A stretch of 64,000 nucleotides of DNA, from positions 26,536,001 through 26,600,000 of the forward strand of contig NC_042997.1 of NCBI RefSeq assembly GCF_006345805.1, given 5' to 3'. Source of the DNA: Octopus sinensis. Its lineage: Eukaryota. The notes beneath the pieces were generated by a model that saw only the letters and a program-made list of their open reading frames with translations, made no database searches and was not told the DNA's origin. This document shows, piece by piece, positions 49,491-62,389 of this stretch (its first letter is position 1; every line of letters starts with the position of its first letter). The position numbers were made by a program, and so were the translations under genes.

Positions 49491-49975
49491 TGAAGTAATG
49501 TTTATCGCCATTTAAACATGGTAATTCCGTAGGGATGGATGGAGGTCACTGCTATTTTTAACCCCAGTAGGATGTCTCCTGTGGCTAGTTATTCGATGCA
49601 ATCTGAACTCGTTATATATTTCGAGCAGGGGAGTGAACCTCTACAATCTTTTAGCCTCGAGACCACCAGGCCGTACGGTTTCAACCTTTTGGTGGTCAAC
49701 CTCGGCTGTGGATACACGCCCAATAGCGATAGCAATAGTTCTCCCCAACTCGTAATATATAGAAAAACCAAAGCGACACACTCACTGATCTTGCAAGAAA
49801 GAAATTAACTTGCAATATATATATCGAGTGCAGATTGTATCGAATAACCTGCTGCAGTGGGCATCCCCCTGAGGTGGAAAATAGCAGTAACGTTGTTTCT
49901 TACGGAAGTGTCATGTTTAAATGGCGATAAACATTACTTCACAGTATAGTTACTGCTCTCATCTCTTATAGAGAA
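49491..49975. mobile_element. Family F, copy 2, with ~135-bp inverted arms
   Basis: 49491-49519 is the exact 29-nt reverse complement of 49913-49941; diverged pairing extends to ~49625/49810. Confidence 0.8.
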
Positions 49976-50349
49976 TCATCTACTTCCGCTGGAAATGCTA
50001 GAACACGCGATTACACCCAGCAAGGGATACTTCATTGACATATCCAGCAGAGCAGTAACAGCCGAATCTCTCGTCTAAAACATATAGAATCTCTGTGTCT
50101 ATTCAGATGTTGGTGTCGCAAATAGCTTGTGAGCTTATTTAAACCAATTAATTGCGACAGAAGCAGCATTAATAGCAAAAGTTAATTTTGATCTCCAACT
50201 TGACGGTTGTCAGCGATATAATTACGAATAGTGGTATGCATCACGAGTCCTTATGAGACATCCTGACAAGGTAAATAAATGAGAACAGCCACTTCCAGTT
50301 GGAAGTCAAGATTAGCTTTGGGTAATAATAGTGTTCCTGAGGTAATGAT

Positions 50350-50387
<38 letters not shown>

Positions 50388-50490
50388 ATATATATATATA
50401 TATAAATATATATATATGGAGAGAGAGAGAGAGAGATAATATCTATCTATCTATATATATGTAGATAGATAGATAGATAAATAGATATAT

Positions 50491-50560
<70 letters not shown>

Positions 50561-50579
50561 TTTTACTAACATAAAGCGT

Positions 50580-51805
50580 TTATACGCACTCGGCATAACC
50601 CGAAATGTTGGATAGTGGTTGCATGACTTCTTAAAAGACAGAAACCAGGCTGTAGGAGTCATCGGAGCACCCTCCACGGAGATAGTAATAGAAAGTGGAG
50701 TGATCCAGGGAGATGTGTTGAGACTGCAGCTGTTCACGGTGGCTCTCTTTCAGACATACCATCAGTAACACAGGCAGCTGCACGTATTAGCTATGCCGAT
50801 GACACAAAAGCAACTTAGTTACTTACTAGCAATGCCAACGACACAAAAGTAGTGCAAGCAGTCATAGAACTTTTTGATGCTAATCTCCTACACAACGACG
50901 TAGATGCCATATATAAATGGGTTGATGATAACAAAATCCAATTTAATGCAGGCAAATTCCAAGTCCTCTTCTACCAGCTAACTGGAGGTCAGAAGTAACA
51001 GCAATGACACTCTGGACCAAAAGGAGCGGCAATCATAGAATCACACACGGTGCGCGATCTTGGGATTGATATGAGCAACGATGCTTTGTTTCACATGCCT
51101 AACACTAAAATGGTATCAGTGTGCAGACGAATGGACGGATGTATTCTGAGAGACTTCAGAGCAAGCGACCAGGAAACTATGCTGGTCCTATGGAAGAACT
51201 TTGTCCTCAGCCGCCTGGACTACTGCTCTCAGCTATGGTCACCTTACAGTGTAGGATTGATAGCAGAACTTGAGGCGGTTCAGCGATGCTGCAGGAGGAA
51301 GATTTCATCAATGCAACAGCTGAGCTACTAGGAGAGACTGAGAGAGCTACGACGCTACTCTCTGGAGCGAAGACGGGAGAGGTATGCAGTGATACATGCG
51401 TGGAAGATACTGAAGATGCTTTGGAATTGAGAGTTATACCAGACTTCGAATTGGACGTCATTGCCCTGTTCTAAGAGACCCAATTGTCTCAATTAAGGCG
51501 AGAAACATGAACTGCAATAGCTTGGGATTCAAGAGTCTGCAGCTGCTTAGCTCTTTGCCAAAGCATCTGAGGCATCTCCATAGAGTGGGGGTAAACGTTT
51601 TCAAGAAGCAACTTGACCTCTTGCTATCCAAGATCCCAGATAAACCAATATCAAGGCAGGAAACTCGAAAGACGGCAGCGGTATCGAATTCCCTCCTTCA
51701 CCAAAAGCCAATGACATGGAGTTGGGCAATTACAAGGTGATTACGATGGTGGTTCCTCAGTATGGCTACATCCTCAGGGCTGAAGCATAAAGGAATAAAA
51801 GAATA
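50580..51805 (+). mobile_element. CR1-type LINE, 5'-truncated RT pseudogene with 3' UTR
   Basis: WLHDFLKDRNQ...SGVIQG...SYADDTK...VRDLGIDMS...SRLDYCSQLWSP...LEAVQR...YSLERRRERY...FKKQLDLLLSKIPDKP...SNSLLHQ. Confidence 0.92.
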
Positions 51806-51838
51806 TATGTGTGTCTATGTAAGTGTGTGTGTGTATAA

Positions 51839-51903
<65 letters not shown>

Positions 51904-51982
51904 ATGTATGTATATATGTATATAAACGTTTGTATGCTAGTAAATATCTATACTTTCTAATCTACCTATTTATCTCTCTCTC

Positions 51983-52019
<37 letters not shown>

Positions 52020-52120
52020 GTGTGTGTGTGTGTGTGTGTGTGTGTTTGTGTGTGTACATATATATATATATACTTGTTTCACATTGAAACTAACTATGAC
52101 TTAATTTTTCCTCTCACACC

Positions 52121-52172
52121 GTCTCCGATGAAGGGATATTATTAATTAATATCCTGGAAACAGCTCTAAGAC
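52121..52172 (+). ncRNA. Minimal type I hammerhead-like motif, family H (variant core)
   Basis: GTCT-CCGATGA-A-GGGATATT[ATTAATT]AATATCCT-G-GAAA-C-AGCT-CTA-AGAC; U4 is C and G16.2 is C. Confidence 0.6.
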
Positions 52173-52750
52173 CTTCTATCTATAAATTCTCTAATATGTA
52201 TACAACCTTTCTTTGTCTCATTACGCAAAACATTCTCATATATATATATATATGTAAAACAGATATGTACATACACACAGTGTCAAACACTCACACGCAA
52301 GCACCCACACATATTTTAAATGATTATTTTCGAGATGCACTTATTACATTCACTTATTTTATACAAAAGCTGATCATAAATACAATAAATTTCTAGGTGG
52401 CTGGAGGCCTCACACTATAGGTAAATATTTCGATTAGCAAAATTAAGTTTTGCCTATTTAGGTTCGTCAGTGTCTAGTTGCCTTGAGATACACCTCACAT
52501 CCCCTCTTGATAGCTATTCACTATTAACGAAGACCATACATATTTTCTAAAAAGAGCCGATTCGGAATATATCTCACGTTGTGATTATACATGGAAATAT
52601 ATATAAAGATCGCAAAAAATATAGAAAAAAGACGTCTGAATAAATCACTGAATGGTATTTGCAATCTGTGATATTGAGCATAATTAAATTACCTGAGTCA
52701 GCAAGAAAAATTTTCTATAGGTGACTTACTTTCAAATGAGTTTATGTATG

Positions 52751-52782
<32 letters not shown>

Positions 52783-52880
52783 TGTATGTATGTATGTACG
52801 TAAGTATGTATGTATATATGTATGTCTGGAGATGATAGATACACATGTACATTCCCCTATATGCATATATATATTTACAT

Positions 52881-53165
<285 letters not shown>

Positions 53166-53210
53166 TATATGTGTGTGTATGCATGTATACACATACATAC
53201 ACTCACGCAA

Positions 53211-53259
<49 letters not shown>

Positions 53260-53518
53260 AGTATAAACACACTCACATACATTTGTATAGATCGTTTAAT
53301 ATTTACGTATCTACCTTCTACTTTTGTGGCAATGTGTAGGTGTGTTTATGTATGTAAGTATGTATGTATGTCTTTCTTTAAGTTGTATTTAAGTTTTTAG
53401 TGGAGTTCAAGCCAGTCGCTAAGGAAGAGTTATGTCTGTTTCAGTTAAGAGAGTTCCCGGTGTTTCTTAATATGTGGTTCAGATGGTGTTCTGATTGAGC
53501 TGTTGATGCACACAGTAT

Positions 53519-53935
53519 TACTCCTTTACTCTTTTACTCTTTTACTTGTTTCAGTCATTTGACTGCGGCCATGCTGGAGCACCGCCTTTAGTCGAGCAAA
53601 TCGATCCCGGGACTTATTCTTTGTAAGCCCAGTACTTATTCTATCGGTCTCTTTTTCCGAACCGCTAAGTGACGGAGACGTAAACACACCAGCATCACTT
53701 GTCAGGCAATGCTAGGGGAACAAACACAGACACACAAACACACACACACACACATATATATATATACATATATACGACAGGCTTCTTTCAGTTTCCGTCT
53801 ACCAAATCCACTCACAAGGCATTGGTCGGCCCGGGGCTATAGCAGAAGACACTTGCCCAAGATGCCACGCAGTGGGACTGAACCCGTAACCATGTGGCTG
53901 GTTAGCAAGCTACTTACCACACAGCTACTCCTGTG
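53519..53935 (-). mobile_element. SINE family A, full length
   Basis: Near-identical to 1636-2059. Confidence 0.9.
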
Positions 53936-54512
53936 TATGTGTATTTATTGCTAATGAACGTCAGATAGAGAATCTTTTGAATGCCTTACAAATCTTCACA
54001 GTGCCACCAAGAGATTAGACTTGGAGAATCTACGCCAGTTTCTTTTGCTTTCTTCAAAAAACCTAGTATTTCTAGATTTTTGTGAACGTTTGTTGGTACA
54101 TAAGCTAATGCGCCTATGACGGTAGTTACAAATGAGAATTTATTGTCAGAGACAACAACCATACGTTCTGCATTAATTCCCCATAAATGTGCTCTTTTTC
54201 ATGAACTTTTGATTGTGCATTCACATCGGCTTGGCAGTTGCGACCTCGACAACAGTGCATGACCTTTGATCCCTGTCTCACAGAACAATATACGGTCTAA
54301 CATATTTTCACCTAATGGCTGTTTTATTGTAATGTTCCATCACTATTCTTTGCATTTAGAGTTGTATGTATGTGTGTATGTATGTGTGTATGTATGTGTG
54401 TATGCATGTATTTATGTATGTATGTATGTATGTATGTATGAGTATATGCATGTACGTATGTATGTGTGTATTCTTTCATAATAGTGAACGATAATGGATA
54501 TCCTACCAGACA

Positions 54513-54744
54513 AGGTGGCGAGCTGGCAGAAACGTTAGCACACCGGGCGAAATGCTTAGCGGTATTGCGTCTGTCGTTGCGTTCTGAGTTCAAATTCCGC
54601 CGAGGTCGACTTTGCCTTTCATCCTTTCGGGGTTGATAAATTAAGTACCAGTTACGCACTGGGGTCGATGTAATCGACTTAATCCGTTTGTCTGTCCTTG
54701 TTTGTCCCCTCTATGTTTAGCCCCTTGTGGGCAATAAAGAAACA
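54513..54744 (+). mobile_element. SINE family B monomer, type I tail, 14-bp TSD (1 mismatch)
   Basis: GATATCCTACCAGA 54497-54510 versus GATACCCTACCAGA 54745-54758. Confidence 0.92.
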
Positions 54745-55313
54745 GATACCCTACCAGAATAACAATTTTTAAAGAAATATCGTGAAAAAATATTTCATAA
54801 GAAGAGCGAGCGGCTGAAGCGGCACACTAAAAATGCGCATGTGTGACATGGGAGACAGTGCAGCAAAAGAATCGATCATGGACCGGGATATGCTGCGGTT
54901 TCTGTTAAGAACTTTGTATAATATACTTCAATCCCCGGTAAATATTAGACAGTGGGGTAGAACAATGTCCATTGTCTTTCTTGCGGAGATTAGGCGTCGT
55001 TGGAGTATTTTCTAGCAGAAGGTATGTTACTACTTGCAGAGAATGTTAGAGAGTAATAACCTTGTACTAGCATCGTAGATGAGGCGTTAAAGCTACAAGG
55101 TAACAATGTCATGCCCATAAGAAAGACATACATTTATGCTTTGTCTTATACAATGTGTGTAATGAAGGACAATGCAGAAATGTGTGTGAAAACAATGTTT
55201 ACATGATACTCATACGGTTACATGATAAATAAAACTGAAATGTGCATGTCACCGGTGTTCTCGAAATAAATCGTAAATGTATGTATCTCTCTGACCTTAC
55301 GGCATAGCCATGA

Positions 55314-55700
55314 CTAAACAAAATTGTGTTGCTCTTTGAGTTGATGGTGCCTCAGGAAGCAAGTATTGAGCAGACATATGAAAGTAACGGTCTTATGTAT
55401 GTGGCATTTATGGAATTGAGTGACACGTCTCTGGCAGTGTAAGGTGCAGCTGTAGAGACAAAAACGTTGCTGAATACGCCTTGTTAAGTGCGGTGGATGT
55501 ACACACGACAGCATACTTCAAAATGATCTGCATTTGGGCTTTATAAGTGGTGGATCTTTCTTCATTGTGCAGATTAACTACAGTTTTTCTTAGCACTTCA
55601 ACGTTTTTGTAGCTTTATTACACATAGGAGTGACACTCTCTATTGACATGAGCCTGTGTTTTGGCTAAACCCAACATCTTAAGCCTTCGTTTTCATGGGT
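55314..55700 (-). pseudogene. Decayed LINE RT C-terminal relic (CR1/L2 group)
   Basis: LKMLG...RSTTYKAQMQIILKYA and LHCQRRVTQFHKCH resemble LYKAQVR..MEY and L.HRR....FYK.H LINE motifs. Confidence 0.45.
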
Positions 55701-57021
55701 AGCCCTCAAATCCCAAAGTGTGAAGCAAAGGTTCAGAGGGTTCTTTGAAAAAAAAAGGATCGCTTTATATATATATATATATACACGTACATATTTTTTG
55801 TAATACATACAGCGAGCTAATAACGCCATCATAACCTCACTCCATTATAAGTTTGGTTACTCGAAGATGCTTTATTCTCTCAAATAACCAGGTTGCATGG
55901 AAAAGGCTGAAAATTCATTTTAACAGATTTTTACCCACTGGCCATTCGTATCCAAGACTCTAACGTTCAGCATATCTACTTACATCATCATGGCGCTATC
56001 AAGAAAAACATTATTTTGGTATTGGAAATAGTATACCCCTTGGACCAAGATATAATATATCAGCCCCTCAACTAGTAAACTTGTGCTATCGGTTGTTTTT
56101 GTCTTTGTTGTTATAGGCCACTTTATTTACATTCACAATCCGGCTTTTGTGAGGGAAATGACAATGTGAGAAAATTCTGTTTAATATCCTTCTGCGCTCT
56201 GATTTAGAATGCACCATAAACATTGCATTTTATACATTTTATAACCTTCGAAAACTAATAAAATACACACGAAGAATTTATCGAATTTTATTCCATCCTA
56301 TACGGGTGTAGCCTATTAAATCTTAGCTTTTATGATTTGGGGAAAGGTACACTCATACTTATCAAAAATCTGCAATATAAAGATATTGGCACATGTGAGG
56401 AAGCTATACTTTCCCATAGATTTCAGAATAAAACCATAATATGTCAGGCAGCATCTCCCGTTTCTGCCGGGAAAAATATTCTTTTTCCTTCAAAAACTTC
56501 CATGCTTCCTGAAATTCGCCAACACTACACCTGATTTTCTCCCCTCCATACACATGCAAGCATGTATCTGACTCATACACTGTTCACTTCCCAAACACTG
56601 CATATGCTTTATACGCACTTTTGACAAGTTGTGGTGCACCTGAGCACTGTATACAATAATTTCATTATTATTATTTTTTAATAACGTCTCTTGTTTTTCA
56701 TATTTACCACTGATTTATTTCTAATTAGATTCTTTGTCGTCTCTCATTTAAATATATTTACACTAATTTAGTAACAATGTGGATCGATTGTCCTGTAAAT
56801 ATATTTTTGGATTTACAAAATGTGATGCTACAATACAGTTATCCTCTTAGGCCGTAGTTAAATATTTTTTCCTTTTGGAAGCAGACTTCGACTTTAGAAA
56901 TTTTCAGTAACACCAATATCTGGTCAAACCACGTGTGCAAACAAAACATTGAAACTGTTGATGCTCCGCTACTGCAGCTTCTGCTGTTGTTGCTGCTGCT
57001 TTTGTTGCTGCTCATGATATA

Positions 57022-58200
57022 TTGTGTCATCTCATAAATAATGCAGTTTTGTTTTTCAATTGCGTGAACTAAAAGTCGGAGGGGACAGGATTAACTACCT
57101 GCATCAACTTGCTATAAAAGCAGGTAGTACATTTACTTATTCATAAAGCAAGTTTTGAAGAGTGCAGTTCGATTTTAACAGTTATTTCTTCTAAGTTATA
57201 AATGGATGTGACGAAGGAGCATATTCGGCATATTTTGCTTTATGAGTTGAATAAAGGCAAGATCACAACGGAAAGTGCGAGGAATATTATGCAGTATATG
57301 GGGATCGGATAGTAAGCGTAAGCCAGTGTCCACTGTGATTCCAGAAATTCCGAGCCGGAAACTATAGCCTAGAAGACGGGCCGCATCCTGGAAGATCTGT
57401 AGAGCTCGACGACAACGTCCTGCACTCCCTGGGGGAACAAAATCCCATCGTAACTGTGGAGGAACTCGCGGAGGAGCTTGGATTTGGTTATTTAACCATT
57501 CATTGACACCTAGTGCCATTGGAAAAGTCAGCAAATTTGGTCAGTAGGTTCCTCACAAATTTTCCGAATCTAATCTCGCGCAGAGAGCGAATGTATGCTT
57601 TTCTTTGCTGTCACGTCTCACAGATGCACCTTCTTTGAACCGAATAGATTCTAATGACGATAAATGGGTTCTCTTTAAATATGTCAAAAGCCGAAGACAT
57701 TGGGGAGGGAAAGGAGAAACACCAGCACTGAAGGCTAAAGAGGGTCTTCACCCACGTAAGGTGTTGTTACCTATTTCTTTACTACCCACAAGTGGCTAAA
57801 CATAGAGGGGACAAACAAGGACAGACATAGGTATTAAGTCGATTACATCGACCCCAGTGCGTAACTGGTACTTAATTTATCGACCCCGAAAGGATGAAAG
57901 GTAAAGTTGACCTCGGCGGAATTTGAACTCACAACGTAACGGCAGACGAAATACCGCTAAGCATTTCGCCCGGCGTGCTAACGTTTCTGCCAGCTCGCCG
58001 CCTTGTTACCTGTTTGGTGGGATGTGGAAGGTGCAGCTCACTTTGAATATTTAAACCTAAACCAAACGATAGCAAAGGGGATCTACTGCGAGCAACTAGA
58101 ACGGCTGAAATCAGCGCTAGGAGAAACACGATCATCAATTGTTTCAAGACGAAAAGTGATCTTCCATTAGGATAATGCTCGGCTCCATAGAAGAGCATTG
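57022..58200 (+). mobile_element. Mariner transposon (5' TIR, transposase pseudogene truncated after the second catalytic D), split by a SINE
   Basis: TA|TTGTGTCATCTCATAAATAATGC terminus; ATG 57202 MDVTKEHIRHILLYE...FQKFRAGNYSLED...DDKWVLFKYVK...LHPRKVLL|PVWWD...IYCEQLERL...DNARLH. Confidence 0.92.
57773..58002 (-). mobile_element. SINE family B monomer with 9-bp TSD inside the mariner
   Basis: TTGTTACCT at 57764-57772 and 58003-58011. Confidence 0.93.
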
Positions 58201-59141
58201 CAGAAAATGAAGGAGGGTAGATTAAAAAAGACCTTTGTTTATCTTAATTTTTAAGAATAAATGAAATATTAAAAAAATGCGATATTTAAGGGATAACCCA
58301 GTCTACACTGTTAGAAGTATACACTTATGAGAAAAACTATAAATATAGGCCTTTTGTAAAATTATCATCCTTACCATCATTATAAAAATCTGTAGCCGTA
58401 ACCCTCTGATTTTTCCTCAGTATATCTAGGGTGATATAGAAATTGCCCTAAAATAGTATAGAACAATTTCTGAGAGATATCGCGTCTATTTCTAGCGGGC
58501 CGACAGGCTAACATAGAATGAATTTTGAAGTTCGCAACTCATTGCTTATATATCGTTGGATCATGTGCTTCTCAGGAAAGAATTTAGTTGTACTAACAAC
58601 ATAACCAACACCATAACATTCTTGTGATGTATCTCAGATCTTTACAGGTTCGCATTACTTTAAAAGCGAGAGAAATGCTTTTGATAAATGGATTCTTCAT
58701 AATTTTCATCAAAGCATATCAAATATTTGGTTTACTTGGTGCATGTGTTTGCCTGCATCTATAAATGTAAGGTTTTACTTTTGTACGTACATACATATAA
58801 TACCAAGTAACTTAAGTTGAAAGAAAGCGTTTGTGTATTCGTCGATTTTCTATATCAAATGGTTATGCATACATTAGTAAAAGGTGTTACTTAGCTTTTT
58901 TTTTTTAAATGAAGCGAAGATATTTAGTTTCCAGCTTGCTGTTTTCATTTTATTTCTTGTAGTATATTTATCCTCCAAGTACTTAATGTATTTTCAGCCG
59001 GCTAAAAATGTAAACGAAAACGTTCGATAAAGTAGTGAAGTATATTCATAACCTTATGAGTGAGTAAGATGAACATATCATTTTGCATAAAGCAAAACAC
59101 ATACGCACACACACACACACAAACACATACATACATGTATG

Positions 59142-59203
<62 letters not shown>

Positions 59204-59204
59204 A

Positions 59205-59250
<46 letters not shown>

Positions 59251-59679
59251 TACGTATATACAATACATATATTCGCGTATGAACAAGTATTTATGTATTA
59301 AGATTAAATAGCTTATGTGTGCTATAATTTGCATGTAAAGCAGTGCAACCTGTTACAAAAGGGAGTCAGCAGTGACTAAACCGGTATGCCTACTCGGATA
59401 GCCTGTTGAATTAGGGATTGCTAGAAAGATGGCAACACAAAAATTAAGCTCATCAAAAGTACAGATGAACCCAGCACAACGTCAACAGCAATCTATTTAG
59501 TAGCATGGCTTCGAGAAACATTCACGTTTAGGACTACTTCGGATGATGGGTAAAATTAGTTATGACGGATTTAGCTAATCTAAAAGAGGAATACAATGAA
59601 TAAAAAAACAATATAATTTTTGATCTGAAACCATTTCTTATTCAGAATGATGTTAATTAGTAGGCAATTATGATAGTGA

Positions 59680-59785
59680 AGGCTAAGTGATTAGAGCGTC
59701 GGGATAACAATCACGAGGTAGTGGGTTTGATTCCCGGACGGGGTTGTGTGTTGTGTTCTTGAGCAGGACACTTTATTCCACGGTG
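59680..59785 (+). mobile_element. SINE family C-like head fragment
   Basis: GCTAAGTGATTAG...GGTTTGATTCCCGG...GTTGTGTTCTTGAGCAGGACACTTTATT. Confidence 0.7.
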
Positions 59786-60590
59786 GGTTTGCTGTTAGTA
59801 TAGTCTATCGTTACTATGATACTCTGGTGGATTGAGTAAGCTATTTCCTGGATGCTCCCCATAGAGTTAGCTTCTAGATCATCAACATTTTCTTGTAGGT
59901 GTGCCTTGGCTACTATATTGTTATCAACCACATAGCGGGTGTACATGGCTAGGGTTATGGAGTTCTCTGCTAATTTCCTTTTGAGTCTCCTATCCCACCA
60001 TACCATAAATAGGTTAACCACATCGCCAGCCATACTGATACCGATCCCTGCTCCTTTTTCTTGGGTGTATATCTTGATATTAAACTTAAATATGTGGCCC
60101 TTGAGTATGATCTTGGTACTCGCACCCGACGCATGGGCCATTATGTTTTAAACCTGTTCATCTTTTCTTGAGCTCCGAATAGCTTTTGTCCACCCGTTCC
60201 AACTCTCTCTCTCTAGGGGTCTTCCTCGCCATAGAAGTTATAGTAACTGGGGATCACCCTCTTACTGATCTAATGACGCAGAAACAACTGACGTCATGTT
60301 CAACAACTGACGTCATGTTTACATTGTCATATATCAGTCTTAGGGGGATGCCCATTTCTTCTGTGTCAACACCATGAAATTCCACTTTCCTCCCGCTAAT
60401 CACCGCTACACATTTCCCTACATCAAAATCAGCATCAATAGATGGGTATAAGGATACTACGTCCTTATTGCTTATTATGCATCCGGCCATGTCGTAGGCA
60501 TGGTTGCAGTCATTGATTCTGCTAAGAAGGTCCTCTGTGCTGTGACACACATCAGGAGACATTTTGATCGGGACAATGGACATGGGTCAG
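59773..60590 (-). mobile_element. Penelope-like element reverse transcriptase fragment
   Basis: STEDLLSRINDCN...KDVVSLYPSID; HIFKFNIKIYTQEKGAGIG...VVNLFMVWWD...MYTRYVVDNNIV...IHQSIIVTIDY, in PLE RT motif order with frameshifts. Confidence 0.85.
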
Positions 60591-60706
60591 AATAAGAACA
60601 GCAATAAACGAGTGAAGAACGAATATGTAATGCGTGTGTTTATTTGACAAAAGTAAAGTAAATAAATGAATAAATGACTGTCCCGAAATACAACAGTATA
60701 TATATA

Positions 60707-60847
60707 TAAGGTTGTCCCAAAAGTTCGTAGAAAGTCTTGGAAAATAATCGTCTTTATTTTGAGGAATAATTTTTGTTCTTTTTGTTAGTACTTGGCGAGT
60801 AAAAATTCAATTTTCGCAAGTGTCTACGAACTTTTGGGACAACCTAA
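60707..60847 (-). mobile_element. 141-bp mariner-type MITE, second copy in opposite orientation, TA TSD
   Basis: TA|TAAGGTTGTCCCAAAAGTTCGTAG...CTACGAACTTTTGGGACAACCTAA|TA; interior is the reverse complement of 45516-45656. Confidence 0.92.
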
Positions 60848-61082
60848 TATATCAATCTGTGCCACATTAATCATGGTAGTTGTCTCCAACTCATGATCAA
60901 ATTTCCGTGCAGGCTGTGCAGGATGACATTCCGCGCGCCAACTCTCAGAGTGCAAAGTCCTGTGTCCGACACAAGTTCACGGACGTACGTCATGCGAACA
61001 TGGACGTCCTTTCGAAATATAACCTGTCACTGCTGTTTTTCTATATACATACATGTATGAATATATATACAATTGATTTTAA

Positions 61083-61307
61083 CCGTTACTTTATGATTTT
61101 ATCTGATATTTAAATGAAAGGAACCTCTTTATACATTATAAGTAAAAACATTACACTATGAAAATAATAGCCGGAATATACCCTTATCAAAAGAACATAA
61201 TCGACAAGAAACACACAAACTAATTGTTACATCCATTGTCTGGGAAACGATAGAAGCGGTATTTCTATTCAAAATTAATCTTAATGTATTTCTCTCATTA
61301 ACTATAC
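61083..61307 (+). repeat. Direct repeat, copy 1 (225 bp)
   Basis: Matches 62146-62389 with 3 substitutions and a 19-bp indel. Confidence 0.92.
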
Positions 61308-62145
61308 AATAGTTTTCTATCGACGTAAGAAGGAAAAGGACACAAATTTCTAAATGCATTGATAATCGGGGAGACGTGTAAGCCGGAAATAATCGAATAC
61401 TTGGTACAAAAAAAGGGGGTGTGAAAATGCTTTATGGTTGTTTGAGAAATAGATAACTAATGCTTGGCCTAGAGACAAAAATGAGTCAAACTGATTAAGA
61501 AAGAAATCTATGACCTCATAATTAATTGTAAGACAACCTACCTGATAGCTCATGGGACACTACGTTGTAACACTATAAAATTGAATAATGAGGTAGTTAG
61601 AGAATTAAATGAGAGACTAGGGTGTTATAAGGAATTATAAAAGAAATATCATATAAAATATAATATAAAATGTGCATTACTTCATAATCGTATTTTTAGC
61701 AAAAGGACAGCGTACAAAGGGATATCAATTGAGCAAAGAATATCAGAGGCTGGTCTGATAGAAAACGAAGTCACATATATTTGCTAATACGTGTATGTGA
61801 AGGTTTGTTTGTTTGTTTTGTATGTGTGCAATTGTGAATATATGTATACTGGCACACCAACGTATGTTTATGCGAATGAGTGTGTATGTCTGTGAATGTG
61901 TGTGTTTGTCCATGCTTTAATGCACACACACTTGTGAATACGTAGGTGGATTGAAGTAATTTGAATTAGAAATTTATGATAGGTTTTCTGTATCATGTTA
62001 CTGGATTAGGCCTGATAAAAATGGGAGTAATTACAACAACACTAATATCAGCATCAATTACAATAAAAATCAATAAAAAACTTTTGGAGGAAAGTAAGTG
62101 TCTTTTCTTTATCTTTTACTTTTTTGTGCGTGTGAGAATAAAAAT

Positions 62146-62389
62146 CCGTTACTTTATGATTTTATCTGATATTTAAATGAAACACCATTCTCACTCTGAA
62201 AGGAATCTCTTTATACATTATAAGTAAAAACATTACACTATGAAAATAATAGCCGGAATATACCCTTATCAAAAGAACATAATCGACAAGAAACACACAA
62301 ACTAATTGTTACATCCATTGTCTGGGAAACGATAGAAGCGATATTTCTATTTAAAATTAATCTTAATGTATTTCTCTCATTAACTATAC
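62146..62389 (+). repeat. Direct repeat, copy 2 (244 bp)
   Basis: Has extra CACCATTCTCACTCTGAAA bounded by TGAAA microhomology. Confidence 0.92.
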
